A stretch of DNA of 64,000 nucleotides from contig JANXCY010000004.1 in NCBI GenBank assembly GCA_025060135.1, forward strand, positions 34,341-98,340, given 5' to 3'. The translations under genes and the position numbers were made by a program. The notes below the pieces were generated by a model. That model did not search any database. It had not been told where the DNA came from and was given only the letters and a program-made list of their open reading frames with translations. Below are positions 43,147-52,089 of the stretch, in pieces. Numbering within the stretch: position 1 is the stretch's first letter; the number at the start of each line of letters is the position of its first letter. Source of the stretch: Anaerolineae bacterium. Its GTDB lineage: Bacteria; Chloroflexota; Anaerolineae; B4-G1; DUEL01.

Positions 43147-44976
43147 ATGTACGGCTGGAACGGGAGAATCCTCAGGGTCAATCTGACAACTGGAGCAACA
43201 AGTGTGGAGGAGGTGGACCCCCGCATAGCGCGCGATTTCCTCGGCGGGCGGGGGTGGGCCATCCGCTACCTCTATGACGAGATGGCCCCCCAGGCGGATC
43301 CCCTCTCCCCGGAGAACAAACTGATCTTCGCCACGGGCCCACTCACCGCTACCCCGGTGCCCACCGGCAACCGGTATATGGTGGTCACCCAATCCCCCCT
43401 CACCGGAGCGCTCTCCTGCTCCAACTCCGGTGGCTTCTTCCCCACCGAGATGAAGCGCACCGGGTTTGACCTCTTTATCTTTGAGGGGAGAGCAGAGCGG
43501 CCCGTCTACCTCTGGGTGAACGACGAGCGGGTGGAGATTCGCCCTGCCGACCATCTCTGGGGACGGACCGTCTTTGAGACCGAAGACATGCTGCGGGCCG
43601 AAACGGACCCCCGCGCGCGGGTGGCCTGCATCGGCCCGGCAGGAGAGCGACAGGCGCTCATCGCAGCCATTATGAACGAGAAACACCGGGCCGCTGCCCG
43701 TTCCGGCGTGGGCGCAGTGATGGGCTCCAAGAACCTCAAGGCGGTCGTCGTGCGGGGCACCCGCCGCATCCCCCTGGCCCGCCCCGAAGAACTGAAGGCC
43801 CTTTCGGGCCAGGTAGTGGAGGAGGTTAAGCAGGCAGTGGCAGCAGGGAAATCCACCCTGCGCATCTATGGCACTGCCTACGTGCCTCCGGTTACCAACG
43901 AAGTGGGCATCCTGCCCACCTTCAACTTCCGGACAGGCGTCTTTGCCGGAGCGGAGGCCATCTCGGGCCGCACGCTGAACCAGAAATACCTGGTGCGACC
44001 TAAAGCCTGCTACGGCTGTCCCATCGCCTGCGGCCGGGTCACCCGGGTGGAAGACCCCCTCTTCGGCGGCGAAGGAGAAGGGCCGGAGTACGAGACCATC
44101 GGCTCGCTGGGCAGCGCCTGCGGCGTGGATAACCTGGCGGCTATTACCAAAGCCAACTACCTCTGTAATGAACTGGGTCTGGATACCATTTCCGCTGGAA
44201 TCACCATCGCCTGCGCAATGGAGATGTACGAACAGGGCCTCATCCCCACATCGGATATTGGCCGTCCCCTGCGCTTCGGCGACGCGGAGGCGGTGGTGGA
44301 GATGGTCCGCCAGGCCGGCCTGCGGGAAGGCTTCGGCGACCTTATCGCCCAGGGGAGTTACCGCCTGGCCTCCCACTACGGCCATCCGGAGTACTCCATG
44401 AGCGCCAAGAAACAGGAATTCCCCGCCTACGACCCGCGCGGCGCTAAAGGGATGGGCCTCCTTTATGCCACCTCCAACATCGGTGCCTCCCATATGAGGG
44501 GCGACACAGCCTACATGGAGGTCTTCGGCGTCCCCAAGAAAGTAGACCCCCTCTCCTGGGAGGACAAGCCCCGGCTGGTAAAATACTTTGAGGACATTTT
44601 TACCATCGTGGATGCAGCGGGACTGTGCGTCTTCCTGAGCATCCGCTACCTCTTTGAGCCAACGTACAACGTGGAACCGGTGCGCATCTCCCGATTGATG
44701 GAGTACGCCACCGGCGCCGGGTACGATGAGGAGACGTTGCTCAAGGCCGGAGAACGGGTCTACAACCTGGAGCGCATGTTCCTGATACGCGCGGGCTTCT
44801 CCCGAGCCGACGACACCCTTCCGCCCCGAATGCTGTATGAGCCGATGCCGGAGGGGCCGGCGAAGGGGCATGTAGTGGAGTTGGACCGGATGCTCCCGGA
44901 GTACTACCGGCTGCGAGGCTGGGATGAGAACGGAGTCCCGACGCCGGAAAAACTGGCGGAGTTAGGGCTTCCGTAA
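43147..44976 (+). CDS. aor: Aldehyde:ferredoxin oxidoreductase (tungstopterin AOR family).
   Basis: MYGWNGRILRVNLTTG...DFLGGRGWAIRYLY...CYGCPIACGR (4Fe-4S Cys motif), and a length near 609 aa. Confidence 0.9.
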   Translation: MYGWNGRILRVNLTTGATSVEEVDPRIARDFLGGRGWAIRYLYDEMAPQADPLSPENKLIFATGPLTATPVPTGNRYMVVTQSPLTGALSCSNSGGFFPTEMKRTGFDLFIFEGRAERPVYLWVNDERVEIRPADHLWGRTVFETEDMLRAETDPRARVACIGPAGERQALIAAIMNEKHRAAARSGVGAVMGSKNLKAVVVRGTRRIPLARPEELKALSGQVVEEVKQAVAAGKSTLRIYGTAYVPPVTNEVGILPTFNFRTGVFAGAEAISGRTLNQKYLVRPKACYGCPIACGRVTRVEDPLFGGEGEGPEYETIGSLGSACGVDNLAAITKANYLCNELGLDTISAGITIACAMEMYEQGLIPTSDIGRPLRFGDAEAVVEMVRQAGLREGFGDLIAQGSYRLASHYGHPEYSMSAKKQEFPAYDPRGAKGMGLLYATSNIGASHMRGDTAYMEVFGVPKKVDPLSWEDKPRLVKYFEDIFTIVDAAGLCVFLSIRYLFEPTYNVEPVRISRLMEYATGAGYDEETLLKAGERVYNLERMFLIRAGFSRADDTLPPRMLYEPMPEGPAKGHVVELDRMLPEYYRLRGWDENGVPTPEKLAELGLP

Positions 44977-45026
44977 AGAACAGAGCACAGGCTGCCAGGC
45001 CTCGTCGGCCCCCAAGGAGACGTAAC

Positions 45027-45815
45027 ATGGACCTGGGACTGCAGGGCAAAACCGCTGTGGTAACTGCTGCCAGCCGGGGACTGGGCCGTGCAGTGGCAAC
45101 TGAACTGGCTCGGGAGGGCGCGCGAGTGGTCATCTGTGCCCGCCAGGAAGGCCCGCTGGAGGCCGCCGCGCGGGCCATCCGTGAGGCCACCGGCACCGAA
45201 GTCATCGCCGTCCCCGCCGATGTCGCCGATCCGCAGGGAGTGGAGCGAGTGGTGGAGACCGCCCGCGCTCACCTGGGCCGTATAGACATCCTGGTCACCA
45301 ACGCCGGAGGCCCCCCGCCAGGCCGCTTCCTGGAACTGACCCCAGCCCACTGGGAGGCCGCCGTCCAACTGACCCTGATGAGCGTCGTCCGCCTCTGCTA
45401 CGCGGTCGTCCCCGCCATGCGCGCCCAGAAAAGCGGTGCCATCGTCGCGATGACTTCCGTCAGCGTGAAGCAACCTCTGCCCCATCTCATCCTCTCCAAC
45501 AGCCTGCGCATGGCCGTCGTGGGGTTGGTCAAAACCCTCTCCGACGAACTGGCACCGGAGGGCATCCGGGTAAACGCCGTCTGTCCAGGTTGGACCCGCA
45601 CAGAGCGGGTGGTGCAATTGCTGGAAGACCGGGCGGCCCGCAACGGAACAACACCCGAAGAGGAGGAAGCCCGCATCACCGCTGCCATCCCCCTGGGCCG
45701 CATGGCCACTCCGGAGGAAATTGCCCGTGCAGTGGCATTTCTCGTCTCCCCGGCTGCCTCCTACATCACCGGCATCAGCCTCCTGGTGGATGGAGGACTG
45801 TACCGGGGAGTGTAG
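45027..45815 (+). CDS. Short-chain dehydrogenase/reductase (FabG-like).
   Basis: TAASRGLGRA (TGxxxGxG variant), NAGG, and the S...Y-x3-K region (SNSLRMAVVGLVK). Confidence 0.85.
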   Translation: MDLGLQGKTAVVTAASRGLGRAVATELAREGARVVICARQEGPLEAAARAIREATGTEVIAVPADVADPQGVERVVETARAHLGRIDILVTNAGGPPPGRFLELTPAHWEAAVQLTLMSVVRLCYAVVPAMRAQKSGAIVAMTSVSVKQPLPHLILSNSLRMAVVGLVKTLSDELAPEGIRVNAVCPGWTRTERVVQLLEDRAARNGTTPEEEEARITAAIPLGRMATPEEIARAVAFLVSPAASYITGISLLVDGGLYRGV

Positions 45816-45824
45816 CCCATACCG

Positions 45825-46763
45825 ATGTCCCTGGCACCTCTGGATGCTGCCCGACACCGGGTCCTGATGTTCGGCGGAAAGGGAGGAGTGGGAAAAACCA
45901 CCGCCTCCGCCGCAACGGCCCTTCACTTCGCGCGCCAGGGCCGGCGGACCCTGATTATCTCCAGCGACCTCACCCCCTCCCTTTCCGACATCTTTGAGAC
46001 CGAAATCGGTCCGACCGAACGACCAGTCCCCGGAGTGGACAACCTCTACGGCCTGGAGATTGATCCGGAAGAGGTGATGCGCCGGTGGAAGGAAAAGTTC
46101 GGGCCGGAAGTGTATGCGGCCGCCTCGGCGCTGGTGGACCTCCCGTATGACGAAGTGGTGGACTATGTGGCGATGGCGCCGGGCATCCAGGAAGAATTCC
46201 TGCTGGATTACATCCTGGAGCGCATCCACGACCATCGCTATGATCTCATCGTCTGGGACACCGCGCCAGCCGGGGACACGCTCCGCCTCTTGGGCCTACC
46301 CCAGCGCTTTCTGGAGCACCTGCGGGTAGCCCCGAGGATTTACCTGGAAGTCCGGGATACCTTCCGGCTCTCTCGTACCCCTTTCCTGGACATCATAGAG
46401 AGCTGGAAACAACTCTCCGAACGGACCATCCGTTTCTTCACCGACCCGGAGCATGTGGCATTCATTATGGTGACCATCCCGGAGGCGCTGGGGGTCTATC
46501 AGAGCCGCCGGGTCATCCGGGACCTCCGCCGCTATGGATTGCACGTTCGTTTCCTGATCGTCAACGACGTCATCCGAGAACCCGACTGCGCGTTCCACCA
46601 ACAACGATGGGAGATGCAGCAACGATACCTCCGACAATTGCGGGAAGAACTGGATGACCGCCTGACGCTCGTGGAACTCCCCCTGTTGCCCTACGAAGTG
46701 AAAGGCGTGGAGCGCCTGGCGGAGGTAGAGCGATACCTCTTCGGTGAACAGGACGGCCCTTGA
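45825..46763 (+). CDS. ArsA/GET3-family P-loop ATPase (single-domain).
   Basis: FGGKGGVGKTTASAATA (deviant Walker A), ...ISSDLTPSLSD..., and ...DTAPAGDTLRLL. Confidence 0.85.
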   Translation: MSLAPLDAARHRVLMFGGKGGVGKTTASAATALHFARQGRRTLIISSDLTPSLSDIFETEIGPTERPVPGVDNLYGLEIDPEEVMRRWKEKFGPEVYAAASALVDLPYDEVVDYVAMAPGIQEEFLLDYILERIHDHRYDLIVWDTAPAGDTLRLLGLPQRFLEHLRVAPRIYLEVRDTFRLSRTPFLDIIESWKQLSERTIRFFTDPEHVAFIMVTIPEALGVYQSRRVIRDLRRYGLHVRFLIVNDVIREPDCAFHQQRWEMQQRYLRQLREELDDRLTLVELPLLPYEVKGVERLAEVERYLFGEQDGP

Positions 46764-46807
46764 GCGCTCCTTTGCGGTCATCACGTTTGCAGAGAGGGGA
46801 CCCCCTA

Positions 46808-46900
46808 TGGCAGCGCTGTAGCGCAGGCGGTGCGCCTGGATCCCCAACCCTGGCAGCCTGCACAGGCCCCACCACGGAAGTCCTGCCTCTGAGCCTGCTC
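46808..46900. repeat. Family B repeat, copy 2.
   Basis: It contains GTAGCGCAGGCggtgcGCCTG...CCTGGCAGCCTGC...GGAAGTCCTG, in the same orientation as the other copies. Confidence 0.65.
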
Positions 46901-47004
46901 GGGCCATACACTGGGTGTCCCCCTGCACCGCCCAGAACCTGGAGCGGAGAGATGGATCCCGTGGTCTCCTCGCAGGCCCGGTGGTGGGAGCCGCTGGAGG
47001 AATA

Positions 47005-47796
47005 ATGCCACCGGACACCCGCCGTTTCTCCGCGTTCCTCTGCCTTCTGCCCGCTGGCTGTCTTCTGCTCCTGATCTCCTGCTCCCCCACCGACCGCCTG
47101 GACCGGATTCTAGAAACGGGGGTCCTGCGAGTCGGGATGGACGCCAGTTATCCGCCCTTTGAATACATAGACGGAGAAGGGAACCTGGTGGGGCTAGACG
47201 TGGACCTGGGGCGAGAACTGGCCGCGCGGCTGGGAGTGGAGGCCCACTTCGTCGCCAACCTCTCCTACGATGGCCTCTATGACGCGCTCACCGCTGACGT
47301 AGTAGACGTGATCATCTCGGCCCTCTACGTGGACCCAATGCGGATGGCAGATTTTGCCTACTCCCGTTCCTACTTCAACGCTGGAGAAGTCCTGGTAGTG
47401 CGGGCCGGGACGGCCGGGATAGCGGAGATGGCCGACCTGGCCGGGCGAACCCTGACGGTGGAGTGGGGAAGCGAGGGGGACGTGGTGGCCCGACAGTGGG
47501 CCCGGCGACTGGCTGGTATGACCGTCCTTCCCTCCCCGACAGCCGAAGAGGCCCTGGCTCGGGTCGCCTCCGGCGAGGCCGATGCCGCGCTGGTGGACCA
47601 CCTCTCCGCACTGACGGGAATGAGGGAAGGGCTCCCCCTCCAAATCGCTGGTGACCCAGTAACCGATGAACTCTACGCCGTGGCTGTCCGCCGGGCAGAC
47701 AGCGCACTCCTGCGGGCCGTCAATAGCGCGCTGACAGCAATGGAAGCGGACGGCACCCTCCCCCGTCTGCGACGAAAATGGCTGGGTGGGCCGTAA
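47005..47796 (+). CDS. ABC transporter substrate-binding protein, family 3 (polar amino acids), lipoprotein.
   Basis: From MPPDTRRFSAFLCLLPAGCLLLLISCS (lipobox) it reads ...LRVGMDASYPPFEY...G.DVDL.. as in SBP_bac_3. Confidence 0.85.
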   Translation: MPPDTRRFSAFLCLLPAGCLLLLISCSPTDRLDRILETGVLRVGMDASYPPFEYIDGEGNLVGLDVDLGRELAARLGVEAHFVANLSYDGLYDALTADVVDVIISALYVDPMRMADFAYSRSYFNAGEVLVVRAGTAGIAEMADLAGRTLTVEWGSEGDVVARQWARRLAGMTVLPSPTAEEALARVASGEADAALVDHLSALTGMREGLPLQIAGDPVTDELYAVAVRRADSALLRAVNSALTAMEADGTLPRLRRKWLGGP

Positions 47797-47820
47797 TCTT
47801 TAGAACATGTCTGAAAAAAG

Positions 47821-47925
47821 CCAAGAGTCCCGTAGCACAGGCTATTCGCCTGTACGGATGCAGAAGCAGCCTGAACCCCGCCGCAAGTCCCTGGAGGGCC
47901 TGAATTTAATAGGCTCTTAGCGAAT
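47821..47925. repeat. Family B repeat, copy 3.
   Basis: It contains GTAGCACAGGCtattcGCCTG...AGCAGCCTG...GTCCCTGGAGGGCCTGAATTTAATAGGCTCT. Confidence 0.65.
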
Positions 47926-47967
47926 CGGATAAGGAGAACCCGAATGGACGCGCGGGGTCCTGGCCCC

Positions 47968-49119
47968 CTACCCCCGTCTCCGCAGAGCCAGATAGACGCC
48001 CAGGACGATAGCCAGCCCTTCCAGCCCAAAGAGGAGCATCAGCAGAGGGTCGGACCCCCCGTCGATCCGGGTCGTCGCCGTTGGGAGGGGGGTCCAGGTG
48101 GGAAACGGAGTACGAGTGGTGGCTTGGATAGAGGGCGGGGAGGGAAAAGGAGCCCCGGCAGGACTCGGGGAGAGACCGGGCGTGGGAGTCGCTAACGGGG
48201 GGAGGGGCGTAGGAGCCGGTAACAGCGGGACCGTTGGCGGAGGAGTGGGTGGCGGAGTCGGTGTATCGGTGGGAGCAGGAAGAGTAGGAGTGTTGGTGGG
48301 AGCCAGCGGGGTGGCAGACACGCCGGGTGGCACCAGCCGGATGCTATCAGCGGAACCGGCGGTCCGTCCGGCCCCATCCCGAAACTGAACATACACCCAG
48401 TGCTCCCCAGGCTCTTCCGGAAGAGTCCACGGCAGAAGCGGCGCCCACGGCTGCCAAGATGCCCCGCTGAAATCCGGCGTGTTGCTCAGACGAACCTCTA
48501 CGGCGCGGCCCATATACGCGTTCCCTTCCCCCTGAGGATACGCTTCCTCGTTCGTCAGCCGGATGGCCACCTGAGGAGACTCCGTCGTGGAGGCACCATC
48601 GTTAATGAAAACCGGCAGAACATTGGGCCGGGCCCCAAAATCCAGGACGTAATAGACCCGTCCCTCATCGTCGGTCGCAACGCCGATACCAATTTCCCGA
48701 TAGCGGCTGCTGAGAAGATTCTCCCGATGAGGCGGGTCCCCCATAAACCATTCCAGCGCATCTTGGACATCCCCGTATCCGGTCCAATAGTTCTCCCCGA
48801 CCACCGCGCCATTTCCCCATGCCGCGTAGCCCGCCTCGGCGATGCGCCGCGCGGGAGTGGAGCCATCGGAGCCCACATGGGAAGCCCGTCGGTGTGCCGC
48901 CAGATCGTCGGCATGCCGCTGAGCGGCAGCAGCCAGAAGACTGGACCAGCCGTAGGGCGGGAGCCCATTATCCAGCCGGGCCTGACAGACCAGCATGTAG
49001 AACCGCGCCGCTGGATGCTCTTCCTGCGCGCGGGCAAGCCCGATGGCCAGCATCACCATCCCCACTATCCCCCCAACCCGGATAAAGTGTCTGAGCAGAC
49101 CTGTGCGCTTGTTGCTCAT
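47968..49119 (-). CDS. CAP/SCP (PR-1-like) domain protein with a Pro/Thr-rich stalk and a C-terminal TM anchor.
   Basis: It has an N-terminal signal anchor and a CAP core (…HADDLAAHRRASHVGSDGS…GENYWTG…HRENLLSSRYREIGIGV). A long PT-rich segment follows, ending in ...DGGSDPLLMLLFGLEGLAIVLGVYLALRRRG. Confidence 0.8.
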   Translation of the reverse strand: MSNKRTGLLRHFIRVGGIVGMVMLAIGLARAQEEHPAARFYMLVCQARLDNGLPPYGWSSLLAAAAQRHADDLAAHRRASHVGSDGSTPARRIAEAGYAAWGNGAVVGENYWTGYGDVQDALEWFMGDPPHRENLLSSRYREIGIGVATDDEGRVYYVLDFGARPNVLPVFINDGASTTESPQVAIRLTNEEAYPQGEGNAYMGRAVEVRLSNTPDFSGASWQPWAPLLPWTLPEEPGEHWVYVQFRDGAGRTAGSADSIRLVPPGVSATPLAPTNTPTLPAPTDTPTPPPTPPPTVPLLPAPTPLPPLATPTPGLSPSPAGAPFPSPPSIQATTRTPFPTWTPLPTATTRIDGGSDPLLMLLFGLEGLAIVLGVYLALRRRG

Positions 49120-49242
49120 CCCGTCACCCGACTACCGGTCATCAGTTCGCTGGTCATTTTAACACACAGCGGTCGTTCCCACAACCTGGTTGACAAATTC
49201 TCCTTTTAATGGCATAGTACCCACCGGAGGTGAAAAGAAAAG

Positions 49243-50379
49243 ATGGTAACTATTGAGCCCGTCCGGAGCCATCGCGACCTGGAGGCCTTCGTCCGCTTCC
49301 CCTGGCGAGTGTATCGGGGAGACCCCAACTGGGTACCGCCGCTGATTTCGGACCAGATGAAGCGCCTAGATCCCCAGCGGAGTTCCTTCTTCCGCCACGC
49401 CGACGTCCTGCGTCTGCTGGCCCGGGCCGGGCGGGAAGTCGTGGGTACGATCGTAGCGTTCGTGGACCATCGGGCGAACGAGTATCGGGGCGAGGCAGTA
49501 GGAGGCTTCGGCTTCTTTGAAGTGGTGGAGGATTATGCCGTAGCAGCCGCACTGTTAGACGCCGCGCGGGACTGGCTCAGACAACAGGGAACGACGGTCA
49601 TGCGCGGCCCGATGAACTTCACCCAGTCCGACCACGGGGGAGTCCTCATCGCCGGTGCGGATTGTCCACCCGTTATGTTGCAATCGCACACCCCGCCCTA
49701 CTATGCCCGATTCCTGGAACAATACGGCATGGAGAAACACGCCGATTTCTATGCCTATCGAATTTTCCGGCATCAGATTGGCGAACACCTGGAGCATGTG
49801 CCGCCGGAGATTCTCCATGTGGCGCAGGCAGCCCAGCGGATCAACCAGGCGACCCTCCGCCCCATCCGCCTGAATGACTGGGATCGGGAGGTACGCATCG
49901 TCTGGCATCTGTTCCATGAAACGCTGAAACATTTCCCGGATTACATCCCGATGGCGGAAGAAGATTTCATCGCAATGGCCAATCCCTTACGCGCCCTGAT
50001 CGACCCGGAAATGGCGCTCATTGCCGAAGTCGGCGGAGAACCGGTGGGCTTTGGGGTCGCAATCCCGGACATCAATCGGGTCCTTATCCACCTGAATGGG
50101 CGATTGTTTCCCTTCAACTGGTTACGGGCGCGCTGGCTGATGCGCCGGATCGACGTGGCGTCCTTTAAATTAATGGGAGTTCTGGAACCATACCGGATGA
50201 GAGGCATAGACGCGCTGATATACCTGGGCGTCATTCGGGGATTTATGCGACGGAGGTATGCTTGGCTGGATGGCTCAGTTACCGGGGAATACAACCTGAT
50301 GATGAACCTGGTCGCCCAACGGTGGGGAGCCGAGCGATACAAACATTTCCGGGTATATCAGCAATCACTGACGGATTAA
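49243..50379 (+). CDS. GNAT-related N-acyltransferase-like protein (378 aa family of unknown function).
   Basis: The N-terminus ...VRSHRDLEAFVRFPWRVYRGDPNWVPPL resembles a recurrent uncharacterised GNAT-like family. GGAGGTG lies upstream. A candidate promoter, TTGACA (49190) - 17 nt - CATAGT, is also present. Confidence 0.65.
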   Translation: MVTIEPVRSHRDLEAFVRFPWRVYRGDPNWVPPLISDQMKRLDPQRSSFFRHADVLRLLARAGREVVGTIVAFVDHRANEYRGEAVGGFGFFEVVEDYAVAAALLDAARDWLRQQGTTVMRGPMNFTQSDHGGVLIAGADCPPVMLQSHTPPYYARFLEQYGMEKHADFYAYRIFRHQIGEHLEHVPPEILHVAQAAQRINQATLRPIRLNDWDREVRIVWHLFHETLKHFPDYIPMAEEDFIAMANPLRALIDPEMALIAEVGGEPVGFGVAIPDINRVLIHLNGRLFPFNWLRARWLMRRIDVASFKLMGVLEPYRMRGIDALIYLGVIRGFMRRRYAWLDGSVTGEYNLMMNLVAQRWGAERYKHFRVYQQSLTD

Positions 50380-50524
50380 ACCGTTCCGGCACGCAGTGCC
50401 GAACCCGAAGATCGGACATAACTCCCTTCTGCTGGCTGATCTCCGATGGGCCCAACAACGAGAGAGAGGATCGGGTGTTTTCAATATTAGAGATATGCTC
50501 ATTTCGCGTTTTCAGGAGGCCCCG

Positions 50525-50773
50525 ATGCCCAGGATCACCTTTGAGGAGTTTCGTCGGATTGTGGCGGAGGAACTGGATGTGGATGAATCCAAGGTCTCGC
50601 CGGAAGCGTCCTTTGTGGAAGACCTGATGGCCGATTCCATTCGGTTGGTGGAGATGATGCTGCGCCTGGAAGAGATGGGAATCCGTATCCCCATAGAGAT
50701 GGCCTGGCAGGTTCGCACCGTTGGGGACGCCTACCGCCTGTACGCCGAAGCCCTGGATGCCCGACGTTCCTGA
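50525..50773 (+). CDS. Acyl/peptidyl carrier protein (stand-alone, 82 aa).
   Basis: ...SFVEDLMADSIRLVEMM... is a phosphopantetheine-attachment-like D-S motif. AGGAGG lies 5 nt upstream of the ATG at 50525. Confidence 0.65.
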   Translation: MPRITFEEFRRIVAEELDVDESKVSPEASFVEDLMADSIRLVEMMLRLEEMGIRIPIEMAWQVRTVGDAYRLYAEALDARRS

Positions 50774-50786
50774 ATCAGGGGTTTTG

Positions 50787-51251
50787 ATGCCTCTATTAAT
50801 TGATGGTCACAACCTGATTGGCCAGACCCCGGGGCTCAGCCTGGCGAATCCGGATGACGAGGCGGCCCTGGTCCGCCGGATCCAACGATACTGCCGGCGC
50901 TCCCGGCGGCAGGCGATTGTGGTTTTTGACGCGGGTGTGGTCGGAGGGCGCTCCGAGGCCCTGAGCACGCCCGAAGTGGAAGTAGTATTTGCGCCCTCGG
51001 GTCGCCACGCCGATGAGGTGATCCGGGAACGTCTGCGGAAAGTTCGGGACCCCGCTGGATGGACGGTCGTCTCGTCCGACCGCGCCGTTCAGCAGGCAGC
51101 CCGACAGGCCGGTGCGCGGGTGCTTTCCTCTGAGACCTTTGCTGCGGAAATGGAGCGGAAATTCCCACCCCCCAGGAGAAACCCACCCCTTCTCTCTCCG
51201 AGGATGAGATTCAGGAATGGATGGACCGGTTTCGGCAACGATAATCCCTGA
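50787..51251 (+). CDS. YacP/Rae1-like NYN-domain ribonuclease.
   Basis: MPLLIDGHNLIG...VVFDAG...VVFAPSGRHADEVI...VVSSDRAV is the typical YacP pattern. Confidence 0.75.
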   Translation: MPLLIDGHNLIGQTPGLSLANPDDEAALVRRIQRYCRRSRRQAIVVFDAGVVGGRSEALSTPEVEVVFAPSGRHADEVIRERLRKVRDPAGWTVVSSDRAVQQAARQAGARVLSSETFAAEMERKFPPPRRNPPLLSPRMRFRNGWTGFGNDNP

Positions 51252-51278
51252 CGGCCGGAGCGAGTGGCATCGGACCTG

Positions 51279-51307
51279 TTGACAGTATGGAGGGGGTATG
51301 GTACAAT
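51279..51307 (+). promoter_or_regulatory. Promoter of the tRNA/tmRNA cluster.
   Basis: TTGACA - 17 nt - TACAAT. The first tRNA starts 13 nt after the -10. Confidence 0.55.
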
Positions 51308-51319
51308 AACAATGCATAT

Positions 51320-51406
51320 GGAGGGATGGCCGAGCGGACGATGGCGGCGGTCTTGAAAACCGCTGTGACCGGACGGTCACCGGGGGTTCAAATCCCTCTC
51401 CCTCCG
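51320..51406 (+). tRNA. tRNA-Ser (anticodon TGA).
   Basis: I folded the cloverleaf by hand. The acceptor is GGAGGGA/TCCCTCC. The anticodon arm is GCGGT-CTTGAAA-ACCGC. A long variable arm GTGACC/GGTCAC and the T-loop GGTTCAAATCC are present. No CCA is encoded. Confidence 0.85.
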
Positions 51407-51455
51407 CTGAATCGCAAAGGGTGGAGCGATATCTTCAGGTTCAGGCGAACCGTCC

Positions 51456-51544
51456 GGGGAGGTGCCGGAGAGGTCGATCGGGGCCGCCTGCTAAGCGGTT
51501 GTGGGGGTAAAACTCCACCCAGGGTTCGAATCCCTGCCTCCCCG
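51456..51544 (+). tRNA. tRNA-Ser (anticodon GCT).
   Basis: The acceptor is GGGGAGG/CCTCCCC. The anticodon loop is CTGCTAA. A long variable arm and the T-arm CAGGG-TTCGAAT-CCCTG are present. Confidence 0.85.
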
Positions 51545-51550
51545 CCTCGC

Positions 51551-51624
51551 GCCCCCGTAGCTCAAATGGACAGAGCATTTGGTTGCGGACCAAAAGGTTG
51601 CAGGTTCAAGTCCTGCCGGGGGTA
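51551..51624 (+). tRNA. tRNA-Arg (anticodon GCG).
   Basis: The acceptor is GCCCCCG/CGGGGGT (G1:U72). The D-arm is GCTC..GAGC. The anticodon arm is TTTGG-TTGCGGA-CCAAA. The T-arm is GCAGG-TTCAAGT-CCTGC. Confidence 0.8.
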
Positions 51625-51645
51625 CTGGGGATAAAGCCCCAGCGT

Positions 51646-52025
51646 GGGGATGAACGGTCTCGACGGGGAAGGACGGTCACGGACGGCGAGCCGGGGCGCT
51701 CTGACCCCGTGAACAACGGAGCGACCCAAGAATGCCAACACTTGGGCTGCCATTCCCGTCGCCGCGTAAGCGGTAGGGAAACCGGGCCGCCAGGAGCGCG
51801 GCCCCGTCCGCCTCAACCCCTCACCGGCGGGCTGAGGATCGGGCGCGACAAAGTCGGTGTGCGGCGGCCTGACGCCGATACGGCCGCCTAAGGCCCCATC
51901 GGCTGAGTCCAGGCAGCGCGCGGTCGGCCGCGACGCGCCGGACGAGAACCCAAGAGCCGACTACGCTCGTAGATGTCCCTGGCCCAATTCTCCGGACGCG
52001 GGTTCAAATCCCGCCATCTCCACCA
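51646..52025 (+). ncRNA. ssrA: tmRNA (ssrA).
   Basis: The 5' end GGGGATGAACGGTCTCGACGGGGA pairs with the 3' end ...GGACGCGGGTTCAAATCCCGCCATCTCCACCA (G3:U70, encoded CCA). The internal tag frame GCC AAC ACT TGG GCT GCC ATT CCC GTC GCC GCG TAA (51734-51769) gives ANTWAAIPVAA. Confidence 0.85.
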
Positions 52026-52030
52026 CCCAA

Positions 52031-52058
52031 AGCGCCGGGCCCTGATGGGCCCGGCGCT
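52031..52058 (+). terminator. GC-rich hairpin after ssrA.
   Basis: AGCGCCGGGCCC-tgat-GGGCCCGGCGCT is a perfect 12-bp stem. Only a weak T tract follows. Confidence 0.55.
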
Positions 52059-52089
52059 TCCGGTTGGTACACCGGCCAGGTGGCCGGCG

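Noticed and set aside
42925-44871. The N-terminal ~650 codons of the 953-aa ORF 42010..44871.
   Set aside because: Only the last 305 codons (from the ATG at 42924) look like a protein (dNK family). The rest is antisense to aor (43147-44976), which has the AOR N-terminus and Cys motif.
44904-46235. A 443-aa minus-strand ORF.
   Set aside because: It is antisense to the SDR and ArsA-like genes and has artefact composition.
48090-48330. A G/T-rich repetitive DNA stretch that looked like a tandem repeat.
   Set aside because: It is the coding sequence of the Pro/Thr-rich stalk of the CAP-domain protein on the minus strand. This is low-complexity coding sequence, not an independent repeat element.
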